From an uncultured Lentisphaeria bacterium (GTDB taxonomy: Bacteria; Verrucomicrobiota; Lentisphaeria; JABSQK01; JAJFLO01), in the NCBI GenBank assembly GCA_951812855.1, contig OX638337.1:300001-332000 (forward strand): DNA of 32,000 bases, in the 5' to 3' direction. Below, piece by piece: positions 1 to 8,916 of the stretch. Position 1 is the first letter of the stretch, and the number at the start of each line of letters is the position of its first letter. The translations under genes and the position numbers were made by a program. The notes beneath the pieces were generated by a model. That model made no database searches. It had not been told where the DNA came from and saw only the letters and a list, made by a program, of their open reading frames with translations.

Positions 1-2
1 GT

Positions 3-296
3 ATGATGCTGATGATGGATACTCAAAATGAAATTACAGGTCCCATAAATCTTGGAGACCCATTTGAATTTAGCATCAAAGAATTAGCTGAGAAAATTAT
101 TCAATTAACTGGATCAAAATCAAAATTAATTTTTAAACCGCTTCCGCAAGATGACCCGCAAAGGCGAAAACCGAATATTGAGAAAGCTAAATCTATTTTG
201 AACTGGACTCCAATGATTGAATTGGACGAAGGGTTGGGTAAAACAATTACCTATTTTGAAAGAGAAGTAAAAAAAGGCAATTTTTCAATTGCCTGA
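3..296 (+). CDS. UDP-glucuronate decarboxylase / NAD-dependent sugar epimerase-dehydratase family, C-terminal fragment (5' end lies outside the window)
   Basis: The ORF is open to the window edge. The tail NLGDPFEFSIKELAEKI...PLPQDDPQRRKPNIEKAKSILNWTP...LDEGLGKTITYF matches the conserved C-terminus of UXS-type SDR decarboxylases (recognised from memory). Confidence 0.7.
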   Translation: MMLMMDTQNEITGPINLGDPFEFSIKELAEKIIQLTGSKSKLIFKPLPQDDPQRRKPNIEKAKSILNWTPMIELDEGLGKTITYFEREVKKGNFSIA

Positions 297-418
297 AGCA
301 TCGAGTCGCAGTATATTGGGCGTTTTGATTTTAAATCATCGGAAAAATGGTAACTGTATAAATGTTGATTTACCATAACAAACTCACTTTAAAGTTGTAA
401 GCATTAGGAGCAATAGAT

Positions 419-844
419 ATGGCGGTAAGACTAAGGCTACGTCGAACAGGAACTAAGAATAAACCATGTTATCGCATTGTAGCAGCGGATGGTCGCAGTC
501 CCAGAGATGGAAAATTTATTGAAGTTATCGGGTTTTATGATCCAAGGCATCAGGATGAAAAAATTAATTTGGAACGTGCTGAATATTGGATAAATCATGG
601 GGCACAACCCTCCAATACCGTTGCGGATGTTATAAAAAGGGCGAAAGATCCCTCAGCCGGTTCTCTGAAAACTCCAGAGAAGAAAAAGGTTTCCAAGGAT
701 AAAGCTGGCGAAAATAAAGCGTCTGAAGTAGCAAAAGATGAATCAACTCAATCAGATGGCGAAGAAAAAAATACATCCACAAACGAAACTGATAATTCTT
801 CTGAAAAATCAGATTCTCCTCCTAAAGAAGCAGCTGAGGTCTAA
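419..844 (+). CDS. rpsP: 30S ribosomal protein S16 with a long K/E/S-rich C-terminal tail
   Basis: N-terminus MAVRLRLRRTGTKNKPCYRIVAADGRSPRDGKFIEVIGFYDP is the canonical S16 signature. AGGAG lies 8 nt upstream of the ATG. Sits in rpsP-KH-trmD-rplS synteny. Confidence 0.95.
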   Translation: MAVRLRLRRTGTKNKPCYRIVAADGRSPRDGKFIEVIGFYDPRHQDEKINLERAEYWINHGAQPSNTVADVIKRAKDPSAGSLKTPEKKKVSKDKAGENKASEVAKDESTQSDGEEKNTSTNETDNSSEKSDSPPKEAAEV

Positions 845-1034
845 AGTAGGCAAATTCAAGAATGTTATGGCTCGAACATGGTGTTCCAACAGCAATCACT
901 AAAAGTATTTGATTGAAAAGAACACCATAATTATCTTCTCTAATACAGTTACCTTTCCCGTACAGCGAAATAATGTTGCAACAATCAAAATTGTTAGTTG
1001 TACACCGTTGACTTAACCTATTAATCAGGGGTAA

Positions 1035-1385
1035 TTGTATATGGTAAAAGCTTTACTTAGCAGATTTTTTGGTAAAATTCTAAATAAATCAGGACCAAAA
1101 GTAAATACGTCGGGCAACACTGACGATCACGGTAACGGCCGTGTTTCCGTAAACCTTCCAAGATTTGTCGAATTTGTAGTAAAATCACTCGTTGACTGCC
1201 CGGATGAAGTATCAATTGAATCAACTCAGGATACAAATGGCAATGTGATTAAAATTTCATGTAAGAAAAATGAAATTCGCAAAGTCATTGGAAAAAATGG
1301 GAAAACAATAAATTCAATTAGATCACTTGTCCGTGGAGCAGCGAAGCGTGATAATAAAAATGTCAGTGTTGTTGTTGTTGAATGA
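1035..1385 (+). CDS. KH-domain RNA-binding protein (YlqC/UPF0109 family) with an N-terminal extension of about 40 aa
   Basis: Core FVEFVVKSLVDCPDEVSIES...IKISCKKNEIRKVIGKNGKTINSIRSLV contains the KH GxxG loop (GKNGKT). Conserved position between rpsP and trmD. Its stop overlaps the trmD start (ATGA). Confidence 0.75.
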   Translation: MYMVKALLSRFFGKILNKSGPKVNTSGNTDDHGNGRVSVNLPRFVEFVVKSLVDCPDEVSIESTQDTNGNVIKISCKKNEIRKVIGKNGKTINSIRSLVRGAAKRDNKNVSVVVVE

Positions 1386-2065
1386 CAATGAGAATTGACA
1401 TAATTACCTTATTTCCTGCTGTTTTTGAACCTATTTTTACTGCATCAATCATTAATCGGGCCCAGTTAAAAAAATTGGTGCAAATTAATGTAATTGATTT
1501 ACGAGAATTTACTCACGATAACTACAGAACCGTAGATGACCGGCCTTACGGAGGTGGTGCCGGGATGATCTTAAAACCAGAACCCTTATTTGAAGCCGTA
1601 GAATCTCTGCGTACAAATGAGAGTTATATCATCCTGCTGTCGCCCCGGGGAAAAACATTTCATCAATCAAAGGCAAAAGAACTGATTAGTTATCCGCATT
1701 TAATTTTACTTTGCGGTCACTATGAAGGCGTCGATGAGCGTGTAAGATCAGCATTGATTGATGAGGAAATATCGATTGGAGATTACATTTTAACAAATGG
1801 GAATTTGCCATCAATGATCGTTACTGACGCTATTATCAGACTTATTCCCGGCGTCCTGGGCAGCGATGAGTCTATTATTGAAGAATCGTTTAATAATGAC
1901 CTGCTGGAATATCCCCAGTACACACGACCCGCGAATTATAAGAATATGAAGGTGCCTGAGGTTCTACTTTCAGGTGATCATCAACAGATTAAGAAATGGC
2001 GACAAAATCAGGCACTTTCACAGACTGAAATTAAGCGGCCGGATTTGCTTAACAAGAACAAATAA
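1382..2065 (+). CDS. trmD: tRNA (guanine37-N1)-methyltransferase
   Basis: MRIDIITLFP...VDDRPYGGGAGMILKPEP...LLCGHYEGVDERV...ISIGDYILTNGNLP are TrmD signature blocks. The start could instead be the second ATG at 1388. Confidence 0.95.
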   Translation: MTMRIDIITLFPAVFEPIFTASIINRAQLKKLVQINVIDLREFTHDNYRTVDDRPYGGGAGMILKPEPLFEAVESLRTNESYIILLSPRGKTFHQSKAKELISYPHLILLCGHYEGVDERVRSALIDEEISIGDYILTNGNLPSMIVTDAIIRLIPGVLGSDESIIEESFNNDLLEYPQYTRPANYKNMKVPEVLLSGDHQQIKKWRQNQALSQTEIKRPDLLNKNK

Positions 2066-2283
2066 AACAAGTTAAGATAGATTTTTTTTTTCGTTTCTAA
2101 CAGTTAAGTTACTAAAAACTCATTTACCATTTTGATTAATGAAGTATAGTGCCGTCTGATTTTTCAGTATATCAGAAGAAATTTATCGTAATGGATATTA
2201 AGATTTCCGTATGGTGCTTTTGGGAATAAAAGACTTAAGAAATAATATCAACTAATGGATTTAGGATTAAAGGAGACTTATAG

Positions 2284-2643
2284 ATGAATGTTCTTGACAA
2301 AATTAATAAAGAACAGTTAAAAACAGATATTCCAGAATTTAGTGTTGGAGATACCGTGAAAGTTCACGTGCTGATTAAGGAAGGGGAAAAAGAACGCATT
2401 CAAATATTTACTGGAACAGTGATAGCCAAAGACCATGCCGATATAAACGAAACATTTACGGTGAGACGATTAATAGATGGATTGGGCGTTGAACGTGTAT
2501 TTCCGTTACATTCTCCAAGAATTGCAAAGATTGACGTTATCACAAAAGGGGATGTGCGAAGAGCAAAATTGTATTACCTCAGAGATCGTGTTGGCAAAGC
2601 AGCCCGAGTCAAAGAAAAGATTAGGGGTTCGTCCTCAAAATAG
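2284..2643 (+). CDS. rplS: 50S ribosomal protein L19
   Basis: [34 protein letters not shown]...TFTVRR...[18 protein letters not shown] is classical L19. AAGGAG RBS upstream. Confidence 0.95.
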   Translation: MNVLDKINKEQLKTDIPEFSVGDTVKVHVLIKEGEKERIQIFTGTVIAKDHADINETFTVRRLIDGLGVERVFPLHSPRIAKIDVITKGDVRRAKLYYLRDRVGKAARVKEKIRGSSSK

Positions 2644-2645
2644 GA

Positions 2646-3299
2646 ATGGATCCTGAATCGCCAGACAGCTATAAATTCGAACGTGAAATTCGTGATCAAA
2701 ATTACAGGAATATAATAGGTATAGATGAGGTTGGCCGCGGGCCGTTAGCGGGTCCGGTCGTTGCTGCAGCCGTGATTATTCCGACTGGCTTGTTAATTCC
2801 CAATTTAACAGATTCCAAAAAACTTTCCCACTCACAGCGGTTCGCTGTATATAACAAATTAAAAGAAAATTCAAACGTCATTTTTTCAATCGCTGAAATT
2901 TCATCTCAGGTTATTGATAAAATTAATATCCTCCGGGCAACACATCTGGCAATGAAAAAGGCAGCGGAGAAAATCCGTGTTAAAAAGCCATATATTTTGG
3001 TTGATGGACTGTGCGTTCCTAATTTACCCTATCCCAGTAAGAATATAATCAAAGGTGATACAAAAAGTGCCAGTATTGCAGCAGCAAGTATCATTGCAAA
3101 AATATATCGCGATAATTTGATGATGGAGTTTGATAAAAAATATCCGGAATATGGATTTGCAAGCCATAAGGGATACGCAACCAAAAAGCATCTTGAAAAC
3201 TTATCGCATTTCGGGCCGTGCCCCATTCACAGAGTGTCGTTTTCCCCTGTATCTCAATTGGCTGTTAAAAAACCGGCTCAAGGCATATTACCGTTATAA
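2646..3299 (+). CDS. rnhB: ribonuclease HII
   Basis: IIGIDEVGRGPLAGPVVAAAV (catalytic DE motif), LTDSKKLS and SIAAASIIAK blocks. Sits 2 nt after rplS. Confidence 0.9.
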   Translation: MDPESPDSYKFEREIRDQNYRNIIGIDEVGRGPLAGPVVAAAVIIPTGLLIPNLTDSKKLSHSQRFAVYNKLKENSNVIFSIAEISSQVIDKINILRATHLAMKKAAEKIRVKKPYILVDGLCVPNLPYPSKNIIKGDTKSASIAAASIIAKIYRDNLMMEFDKKYPEYGFASHKGYATKKHLENLSHFGPCPIHRVSFSPVSQLAVKKPAQGILPL

Positions 3300-3319
3300 G
3301 AAGTTAATATTCTGGAATA

Positions 3320-4306
3320 ATGCACGTCTATCTTTCAAATAGTACTGACATTTTTACACATTTAGCACGCGAGGAATATTTGCTGAATAATTTATCTCCG
3401 GAACAGCGAATTCTATATATTTGGAAGAGTCATGATGCAATTGTAATAGGGAAAAACCAGAATCCCTGGAAAGAATGCCTTGTTAATGATGCCCGGGAAA
3501 AAGATATTAGCATTGCACGCAGACTGTCCGGAGGGGGAACAGTATTTCATGATGAAGGGAATCTTAATTTTTCGTTTATCAGCTATCAGCACAATTACAA
3601 TTTTGACAGTCAAATAAACGTCATTAAAAAGGCATTGCGACACTTTGCATTGCAATTGAAACTCCAAAAAAATAATATTTTAACAATGAATGGTAAAAAA
3701 TGTTCCGGCAATGCCTTCTGCCATCGTAAAAATCGATCTCTACATCACGGGACATTGCTTATAAATTCTAAGTTAGACCGAATTAATCATTATTTACAGC
3801 CTTCAATTAACTCTATAAAAACTCACGCAATAGAGTCAAATCCGTATCCGATAATAAATTTAACAAAACTAAATGACAGTCTCACTTTTGATAAAGTAGC
3901 TGAGCAAATTATTGCTGAATTTTGTAAGTCTGATTCATCGCCTGAGATTCATTATGTTGACAAAGAAGGGGTTGGGGATAGCTCTTTAAATATATTGTCT
4001 CAAAAATATCGTTCGAAAGATTGGATATTTAACGAAACTCCTCGTTTTGTAATGAGTTTAAGAAAATGCTTTTCCTGGGGTATATTTGATACAGAAATTC
4101 AATTTAATAAAGGACAAGTTGTAACTATTAAAATTGACTCTGCCGGATTAGATAAACACGTGATTAAGACTATGGAGGAAACATTGACCCATTTACCATT
4201 TGATTCGAATAAACTGTCTAATGCCTTAAGTGCCATGAAAACACCGATTGATTATCAATCACACGTCAGTGATATTTCCAGATATATAAAACTAAACCCG
4301 TTCTGA
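3320..4306 (+). CDS. lplA: lipoate-protein ligase A
   Basis: RRLSGGGTVFHDEGNLNFSF and KKCSGNAFCHRKNRSLHHGTLL (the lysine-containing lipoyl-AMP binding block) are LplA/BPL_LplA_LipB signatures. The 328 aa length fits LplA. Confidence 0.85.
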   Translation: MHVYLSNSTDIFTHLAREEYLLNNLSPEQRILYIWKSHDAIVIGKNQNPWKECLVNDAREKDISIARRLSGGGTVFHDEGNLNFSFISYQHNYNFDSQINVIKKALRHFALQLKLQKNNILTMNGKKCSGNAFCHRKNRSLHHGTLLINSKLDRINHYLQPSINSIKTHAIESNPYPIINLTKLNDSLTFDKVAEQIIAEFCKSDSSPEIHYVDKEGVGDSSLNILSQKYRSKDWIFNETPRFVMSLRKCFSWGIFDTEIQFNKGQVVTIKIDSAGLDKHVIKTMEETLTHLPFDSNKLSNALSAMKTPIDYQSHVSDISRYIKLNPF

Positions 4307-4340
4307 TAATTATCGCTGTAATACAAAAAATAAATCAAAT

Positions 4341-4978
4341 TGTGTTCACATTCGGGGGAATCGTCTCTGTTTTACCTGTTTTGTGACTCTTCTTTTGCGG
4401 GTGCGTGTCAGTAAAATTTAGAATCCCTTTTCTTCCCGAAATTAAATGAATTCAGGGTACAATTATCAGATAATAAGCGAACTAAATATAAAATTCTGAT
4501 AATTGATATTGCCGGAATAATAACATCTGGAAGCAAAAAACGATTTAGCATCTTACCAATGACAACACCCGATCACATAAAATCAATCCTTGACAAAGCC
4601 AGCCAGGACAAGTGGATAAAAGCCATCATTCTGAGGATCGATTCACCGGGTGGAGAAGTAACTGCAACAGATTTAATTTATTACGACATCAGGCAGTTTA
4701 AGGAACAAAAAGGAATTCCTGTATACGTCAGTTTAACGGGAGTTGCATGTTCCGGTACATATTATATCGCATGTGCTGCAGATAAAATCTATTCATATTC
4801 ATTGTAAAAAGCACTGTATGTCTGGGGTTATTTCACATCTTGATAATCCACAGGTCCGGTTCATATTCTAAGCATGCCCGTAAGAAAATTGAGGTTCGAT
4901 GTAAACAATCACGAATCATCTTAAAAACAAGACCCCCACAGGGAAACAAAAACCAGAAAATTGAAAAACATTCGCTAG
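4341..4978 (+). pseudogene. sppA: signal peptide peptidase SppA (36K type) remnant, fragmented by an in-frame stop, frameshifts and deletions
   Basis: Fragments in three frames:
- TM-like VFTFGGIVSVLPVL, then TGA at 4383, then LFFCGCVSV.
- Frame switch to KILIIDIAGIITSGS...IKAIILRIDSPGGEVTATDLIY...VYVSLTGVACSGTYYIACAADKIYSYSL, stop at 4805-4807. This is the SppA/ClpP-fold core.
- The expected GSIGV catalytic-Ser block is missing or garbled (MSGVISHLDN in another frame).
- A further remnant, KLRFDVNNHESS*KQDPHRETKTRKLKN, resembles KLGV.V..IKSG.yKD..P.R..T.EER.LL.
The total span of about 640 bp compares with roughly 900-1000 bp expected. Confidence 0.6.
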
Positions 4979-5034
4979 AGAATATATTAACGGTAATTCG
5001 AAGAAATTATATAATCCATAAGGAGAATTTTTAC

Positions 5035-5739
5035 ATGATTAACAGAATATTATTACTTACGGTTGTATTATTTTCAGCTACTTCTTTTAGCCAGATACTC
5101 AGTTTTGATGAAGTAAAATTTGAATTGGGTGACATTGATGACCTGTCACCAATAAGCCGTGAGGTTCATTACAAAAATACAGGTGATAAAGAACTGTCAA
5201 TCGAAAGAATAAAAACATCCTGTGGCTGTACCACCAGTAAACTTGAAAAAAAAGTACTGCTGCCAAATGAATCCGGAATGCTGACAGTCACCTTCGATCC
5301 AGCTGGGAAAAAAGGTAAACAGATTAAAAATATCACATTTATCAGTAATGATATTAACGATAAGAATAAAATCATTTCCTTTACCGCCAATATTATACCC
5401 GTAATTAATCTCGCTCCAAAGCGGATAGAGTTTGAGTTAGATCAATCTGGAAAAAGCTATGAGAAAAATGAAGAAATGTTCGTCATAGAAAACCTCGGGA
5501 AAGATCCGATTGTAATTAAAAGTATAACAGGCAATAGTGAAAATTTTATTGTAAAGGATCCAAAAATCACCACGGTTGAAGTAGGTGGAAAACTAAACAT
5601 TTCAGTAAGTATCAAGCCCGGATTTATTCCAGATAAATACACATCCACTAATATAAAAGTCAATGTTAAGATTGGCGAACAATCAGCGACTCGGTCAGTA
5701 CGCGTTGTTGCCAGACCACTGCTCGTTTCTCAAAAATAG
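5035..5739 (+). CDS. DUF1573 domain-containing secreted protein (two Ig-like modules)
   Basis: I place the start at the ATG at 5035, preceded by AAGGAG and followed by signal peptide MINRILLLTVVLFSATSFSQ. FKNTGD-like block HYKNTGDKELSIERIKTSCGCTTS is the DUF1573 hallmark. The 5' part of track ORF 4840..5739 overlaps sppA debris. Confidence 0.75.
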   Translation: MINRILLLTVVLFSATSFSQILSFDEVKFELGDIDDLSPISREVHYKNTGDKELSIERIKTSCGCTTSKLEKKVLLPNESGMLTVTFDPAGKKGKQIKNITFISNDINDKNKIISFTANIIPVINLAPKRIEFELDQSGKSYEKNEEMFVIENLGKDPIVIKSITGNSENFIVKDPKITTVEVGGKLNISVSIKPGFIPDKYTSTNIKVNVKIGEQSATRSVRVVARPLLVSQK

Positions 5740-5782
5740 GGTTCAGATAATATTCCTCTGTCAGACACCGGAAAATGATAAA

Positions 5783-6574
5783 TTACTTATTCCACCAATC
5801 AGACTCTTTCTCCCAGGGATTTTGAGGTTGAATATCTCCCCCATCGTCATTTCCTAACAATGTCTGTCTCATTAATTGGAAGTTAATCATACCTAAACTT
5901 AAGAAAATTATGACAGTAAACCAAATATTTATCCGGCTACTGAAAAAATTGGAAATTAATCCGATAATTATCAGAAAAAAAACAATAATGCCGGTGACCA
6001 GCATTGAGATTTTAAACGTTAATATTCGGCTTTCCCAGGGTTTCTTAATCGATATGAGTTCTTCCATAATCTGCCCACCGTCCAGAGGATAAACCGGAAC
6101 CAGATTTAACAAACTCCATAATAAATTTATATTGACCAAATATGTCAGCGTCATTGCAAAAAACGAACTAACGTCACCTATAGAGGAAAATTTAAGTATC
6201 AGGCATGCCAGTAAACACATAATGAAACCTGCTCCCGGGCCAGATAACAGCTGAATAATAAACTGGTTGCGTTTTAGTTTTGTACGGCTGATTGTTACCC
6301 CGCCCATGCCGTAAAGAACAATTTTTACGTCAGTTGCCCCAAAATACCGTGCTGCCACTGCATGCCCCAACTCATGGACTAAAACGGACAAAAAAAGACA
6401 AAACATAACGTTAAAATTACGAATAAGTGTTGCGTTATCATTCCAGGCGATAAAAATAATAATCAACCAGAACCAGGGATTAATACGAACTGGTATCATA
6501 TTCCAAATCTTGAAGTTTATATCATACCGAGTTTTTTGCGGGTTTAGAAACACCTGTACCCCATTATCTGTCAA
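5783..6574 (-). CDS. site-2 protease family (peptidase M50) membrane metalloprotease
   Basis: HExxH motif in a TM helix (LVHELGHAVAARYFG) plus the second metal-ligand block NLVPVYPLDGGQI. Multiple hydrophobic segments. Confidence 0.8.
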   Translation of the reverse strand: MTDNGVQVFLNPQKTRYDINFKIWNMIPVRINPWFWLIIIFIAWNDNATLIRNFNVMFCLFLSVLVHELGHAVAARYFGATDVKIVLYGMGGVTISRTKLKRNQFIIQLLSGPGAGFIMCLLACLILKFSSIGDVSSFFAMTLTYLVNINLLWSLLNLVPVYPLDGGQIMEELISIKKPWESRILTFKISMLVTGIIVFFLIIIGLISNFFSSRINIWFTVIIFLSLGMINFQLMRQTLLGNDDGGDIQPQNPWEKESDWWNK

Positions 6575-6674
6575 TCATTCAGGAAGTGAATTTTTATAAC
6601 ATTATTCATTGGACGAAGTTGCTTCTATTGCACACAACTAATCGACATAAACCATTTATCCGCAGCTGTGACTA

Positions 6675-7133
6675 TTAATAAAAATTGACGTGATGATCAA
6701 TTAAATCACCATTCTTATACACTAGTTTCCCTGAAAAGAAACGATGATCTTTAAGCCATTCAAGAAATAAAAAATCACCTTCCCATAAGTTCAAATTAGA
6801 GATGTTATTATCGTCTACCCATTGAAGATGTCCTTCTGGAGAGTCGATTAATTTACCCGAAAATTGGTTTGCGAGGAATACAAACACATACCAATCTTCA
6901 TTTTTAGAAAATTTTGGAAATGTCAAATGCCCTTTTAATACCGGGTATTTGATTGTCAGTCCAGATTCCTCATATACCTCTCGAATGATACAATCTTCCG
7001 GCGTTTCTCCCGGGTTCAACTTTCCACCTAAACCATTCCACTTCCCATTATGGATATCATTCTTCTTTTTAATTCGATGGAGCATGAGTGTTTTATCATT
7101 TTCTTTGATATAACAAAGTGTGGCAAGTTTCAT
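6675..7133 (-). CDS. Nudix hydrolase (MutT/8-oxo-dGTP diphosphatase-like)
   Basis: Nudix box GKWNGLGGKLNPGETPEDCIIREVYEESGL (Gx5Ex7REUxEExGU). Confidence 0.8.
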   Translation of the reverse strand: MKLATLCYIKENDKTLMLHRIKKKNDIHNGKWNGLGGKLNPGETPEDCIIREVYEESGLTIKYPVLKGHLTFPKFSKNEDWYVFVFLANQFSGKLIDSPEGHLQWVDDNNISNLNLWEGDFLFLEWLKDHRFFSGKLVYKNGDLIDHHVNFY

Positions 7134-7257
7134 GTAAAAAACCTCTGATTGAGAAATTTGTTTCGAGAAAATTCATGGATTATCGAAAAAATCTATTACG
7201 TAAACCTTCTAAGGATATTCGCCCATGCATTGAGAACTGAAAATAAACTGAGAACAT

Positions 7258-8178
7258 TTATTCAGAAAAAAGTGCTTCACAGAACACTTTGGCATTAAAT
7301 ATCTGAATATCAGATTCTTTTTCACCAAGACCAACAAACTTTATCGGCAGCTTAAATTCATCGTGAATAGCAACAACAACACCGCCTTTACTTGTTCCGT
7401 CTAACTTAGTTATACATAATCCATTTATATCTGCACTGGATTGAAACATTTTAGCTTGCTGCAAGGCATTTGTTCCTGTAGAACCATCCACAACCAACCA
7501 TGTTTCATGGGGTGCGTTACTAATCGCTTTTTGAATAATACGTTTTATTTTTGCAAGTTCATCCATTAAGCCCTTTTTCGTATGTTGTCGACCCGCAGTA
7601 TCAATAATCAATATATCCGATTTTCTTGCAGTCGCTGCATGTACAGCATCAAACGCTATGGATGCCGGATCAGCACCATATTTCCCGGAAATCACCTGAC
7701 AACCCGTACGTTCTCCCCAGATTTTCAATTGTTCAATTGCAGCAGCTCTGAATGTATCACATGCTGCAAGGAGTACTGATTTGCCCTCCTGTTGCCACAT
7801 GTTCGCGAGTTTTCCAGTTGTTGTCGTTTTTCCGCTGCCATTTACCCCGACCATTAAGATAACGGTTGGTCCGGATTCAGCATAAACCACTGGCGTTTCA
7901 CAATCATCAGACAAAAATACGTAAAGCAATTGTTTCGTGCATTCAATGATATCAGATGTTGTATGAATGACTCCTCTCTCATACTGTTCCTTTATATATT
8001 CGACAATTCGCCGGGTTACCTGCACTCCCAAATCGGTTCTAATTAATGCTTCCTCAAGTTGTTCATAGTCGATTTTATCCCAGGATTCAGCGGCACCGAA
8101 AACTGATTGGATATTACGAACTAACAGCGTCTTACTTCGTTGAAGGCCGGATTTAAATTTAGTATATATCGTTTCCAT
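7258..8178 (-). CDS. ftsY: signal recognition particle receptor FtsY (short form, no acidic A domain)
   Basis: NG domain motifs VGVNGSGKTTTTGKLA (G1), DTAGRQHT (G3), TKLDGTSKGG (G4) and FVGLGEKESDI. Confidence 0.95.
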   Translation of the reverse strand: METIYTKFKSGLQRSKTLLVRNIQSVFGAAESWDKIDYEQLEEALIRTDLGVQVTRRIVEYIKEQYERGVIHTTSDIIECTKQLLYVFLSDDCETPVVYAESGPTVILMVGVNGSGKTTTTGKLANMWQQEGKSVLLAACDTFRAAAIEQLKIWGERTGCQVISGKYGADPASIAFDAVHAATARKSDILIIDTAGRQHTKKGLMDELAKIKRIIQKAISNAPHETWLVVDGSTGTNALQQAKMFQSSADINGLCITKLDGTSKGGVVVAIHDEFKLPIKFVGLGEKESDIQIFNAKVFCEALFSE

Positions 8179-8327
8179 CGTTTTTAATTATACTGCCCGG
8201 TATTCATACAAAATCTCAGAAGTCGTTTTATTTTATGGAAAAAGGTAAGTATTATAACTGGAATCAAACTGTGTTTTTCCCAAAAATATATCGATTTAGA
8301 ATCCACTTCTATATCGATCACAGGAAT

Positions 8328-8783
8328 TCAGTTAATCTCTTTTTTATTAATATTGTCTAAAATACCATTCACAAACTTACCTGAATCATCACCACCAAAC
8401 ACTTTTGCTATTTCAATTGCTTCATTGATACTGACGGCCGGCGGGATCTTTTCGTGGTAAAGAATTTCATAAATTGCAATTCGCAGGATATTTCGGTCAA
8501 CGACTGCCATTCGTTCAATACGCCAATTTTGTGCACATTTAATTATTTCATCATCTATATTGGCCAATTCTTTTTTAACTCCATTGACGATGGATTCTGC
8601 GACGCCTCTAATCTTATTCGTTTCTTTTTTGCCCAGGTTATTTTCAAGTTTAGCGATTTGCTCACAAAAATACTCAAGCAAATCGTGATCAAATGTGTCT
8701 TCAGTAATATCAAGTTGATATAATAACTGCAGTGCCCATTCTCGTGCTTTTCGTTGAATCGGTATTATATTTTTAATTTTCAC
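8328..8783 (-). CDS. nusB: transcription antitermination factor NusB
   Basis: [15 protein letters not shown]...[21 protein letters not shown]...[31 protein letters not shown] is the NusB pattern. Sits in ribH-nusB synteny. Confidence 0.9.
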   Translation of the reverse strand: MKIKNIIPIQRKAREWALQLLYQLDITEDTFDHDLLEYFCEQIAKLENNLGKKETNKIRGVAESIVNGVKKELANIDDEIIKCAQNWRIERMAVVDRNILRIAIYEILYHEKIPPAVSINEAIEIAKVFGGDDSGKFVNGILDNINKKEIN

Positions 8784-8916
8784 AAGGGGGAATACACATT
8801 ATTTGCATAGATGATTAATAACTGAAAATCGTGAATAAGCTTGTTGCCATTTAGGGAAATGAAATCAGATTAAGACTTAGATTCTGTTGCGCAGCATTAA
8901 ATAATATACAGTCTGG

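Noticed and set aside
355-393. Sigma70-like promoter elements upstream of rpsP (TTGATT-17-TTTAAA, and TATAAA at 357-362).
   Set aside because: The matches are weak and ambiguous in very AT-rich DNA. The promoter consensus for this unidentified lineage is unknown.
2076-2095. A T10 run just after the trmD stop might be a terminator.
   Set aside because: No preceding GC-rich hairpin is present, and rplS downstream is expected to be co-transcribed.
4383-4385. The in-frame TGA inside the SppA TM-like segment might be evidence of TGA recoding (code 4 or 25, or selenocysteine).
   Set aside because: TGA clearly terminates well-conserved genes in this window at their expected C-termini (the KH protein at 1383-1385, lplA at 4304-4306, the FNR-like gene, and the ArsM-like tail). 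The sppA locus also has frameshifts and other stops.
4840-5034. The N-terminal 65 codons of track ORF 4840..5739 (MIIHRSGSYSKHARKK...).
   Set aside because: There is no signal peptide or conserved content. The stretch overlaps sppA debris in other frames. A strong AAGGAG plus ATG at 5035 followed by a textbook signal peptide marks the real DUF1573 start.
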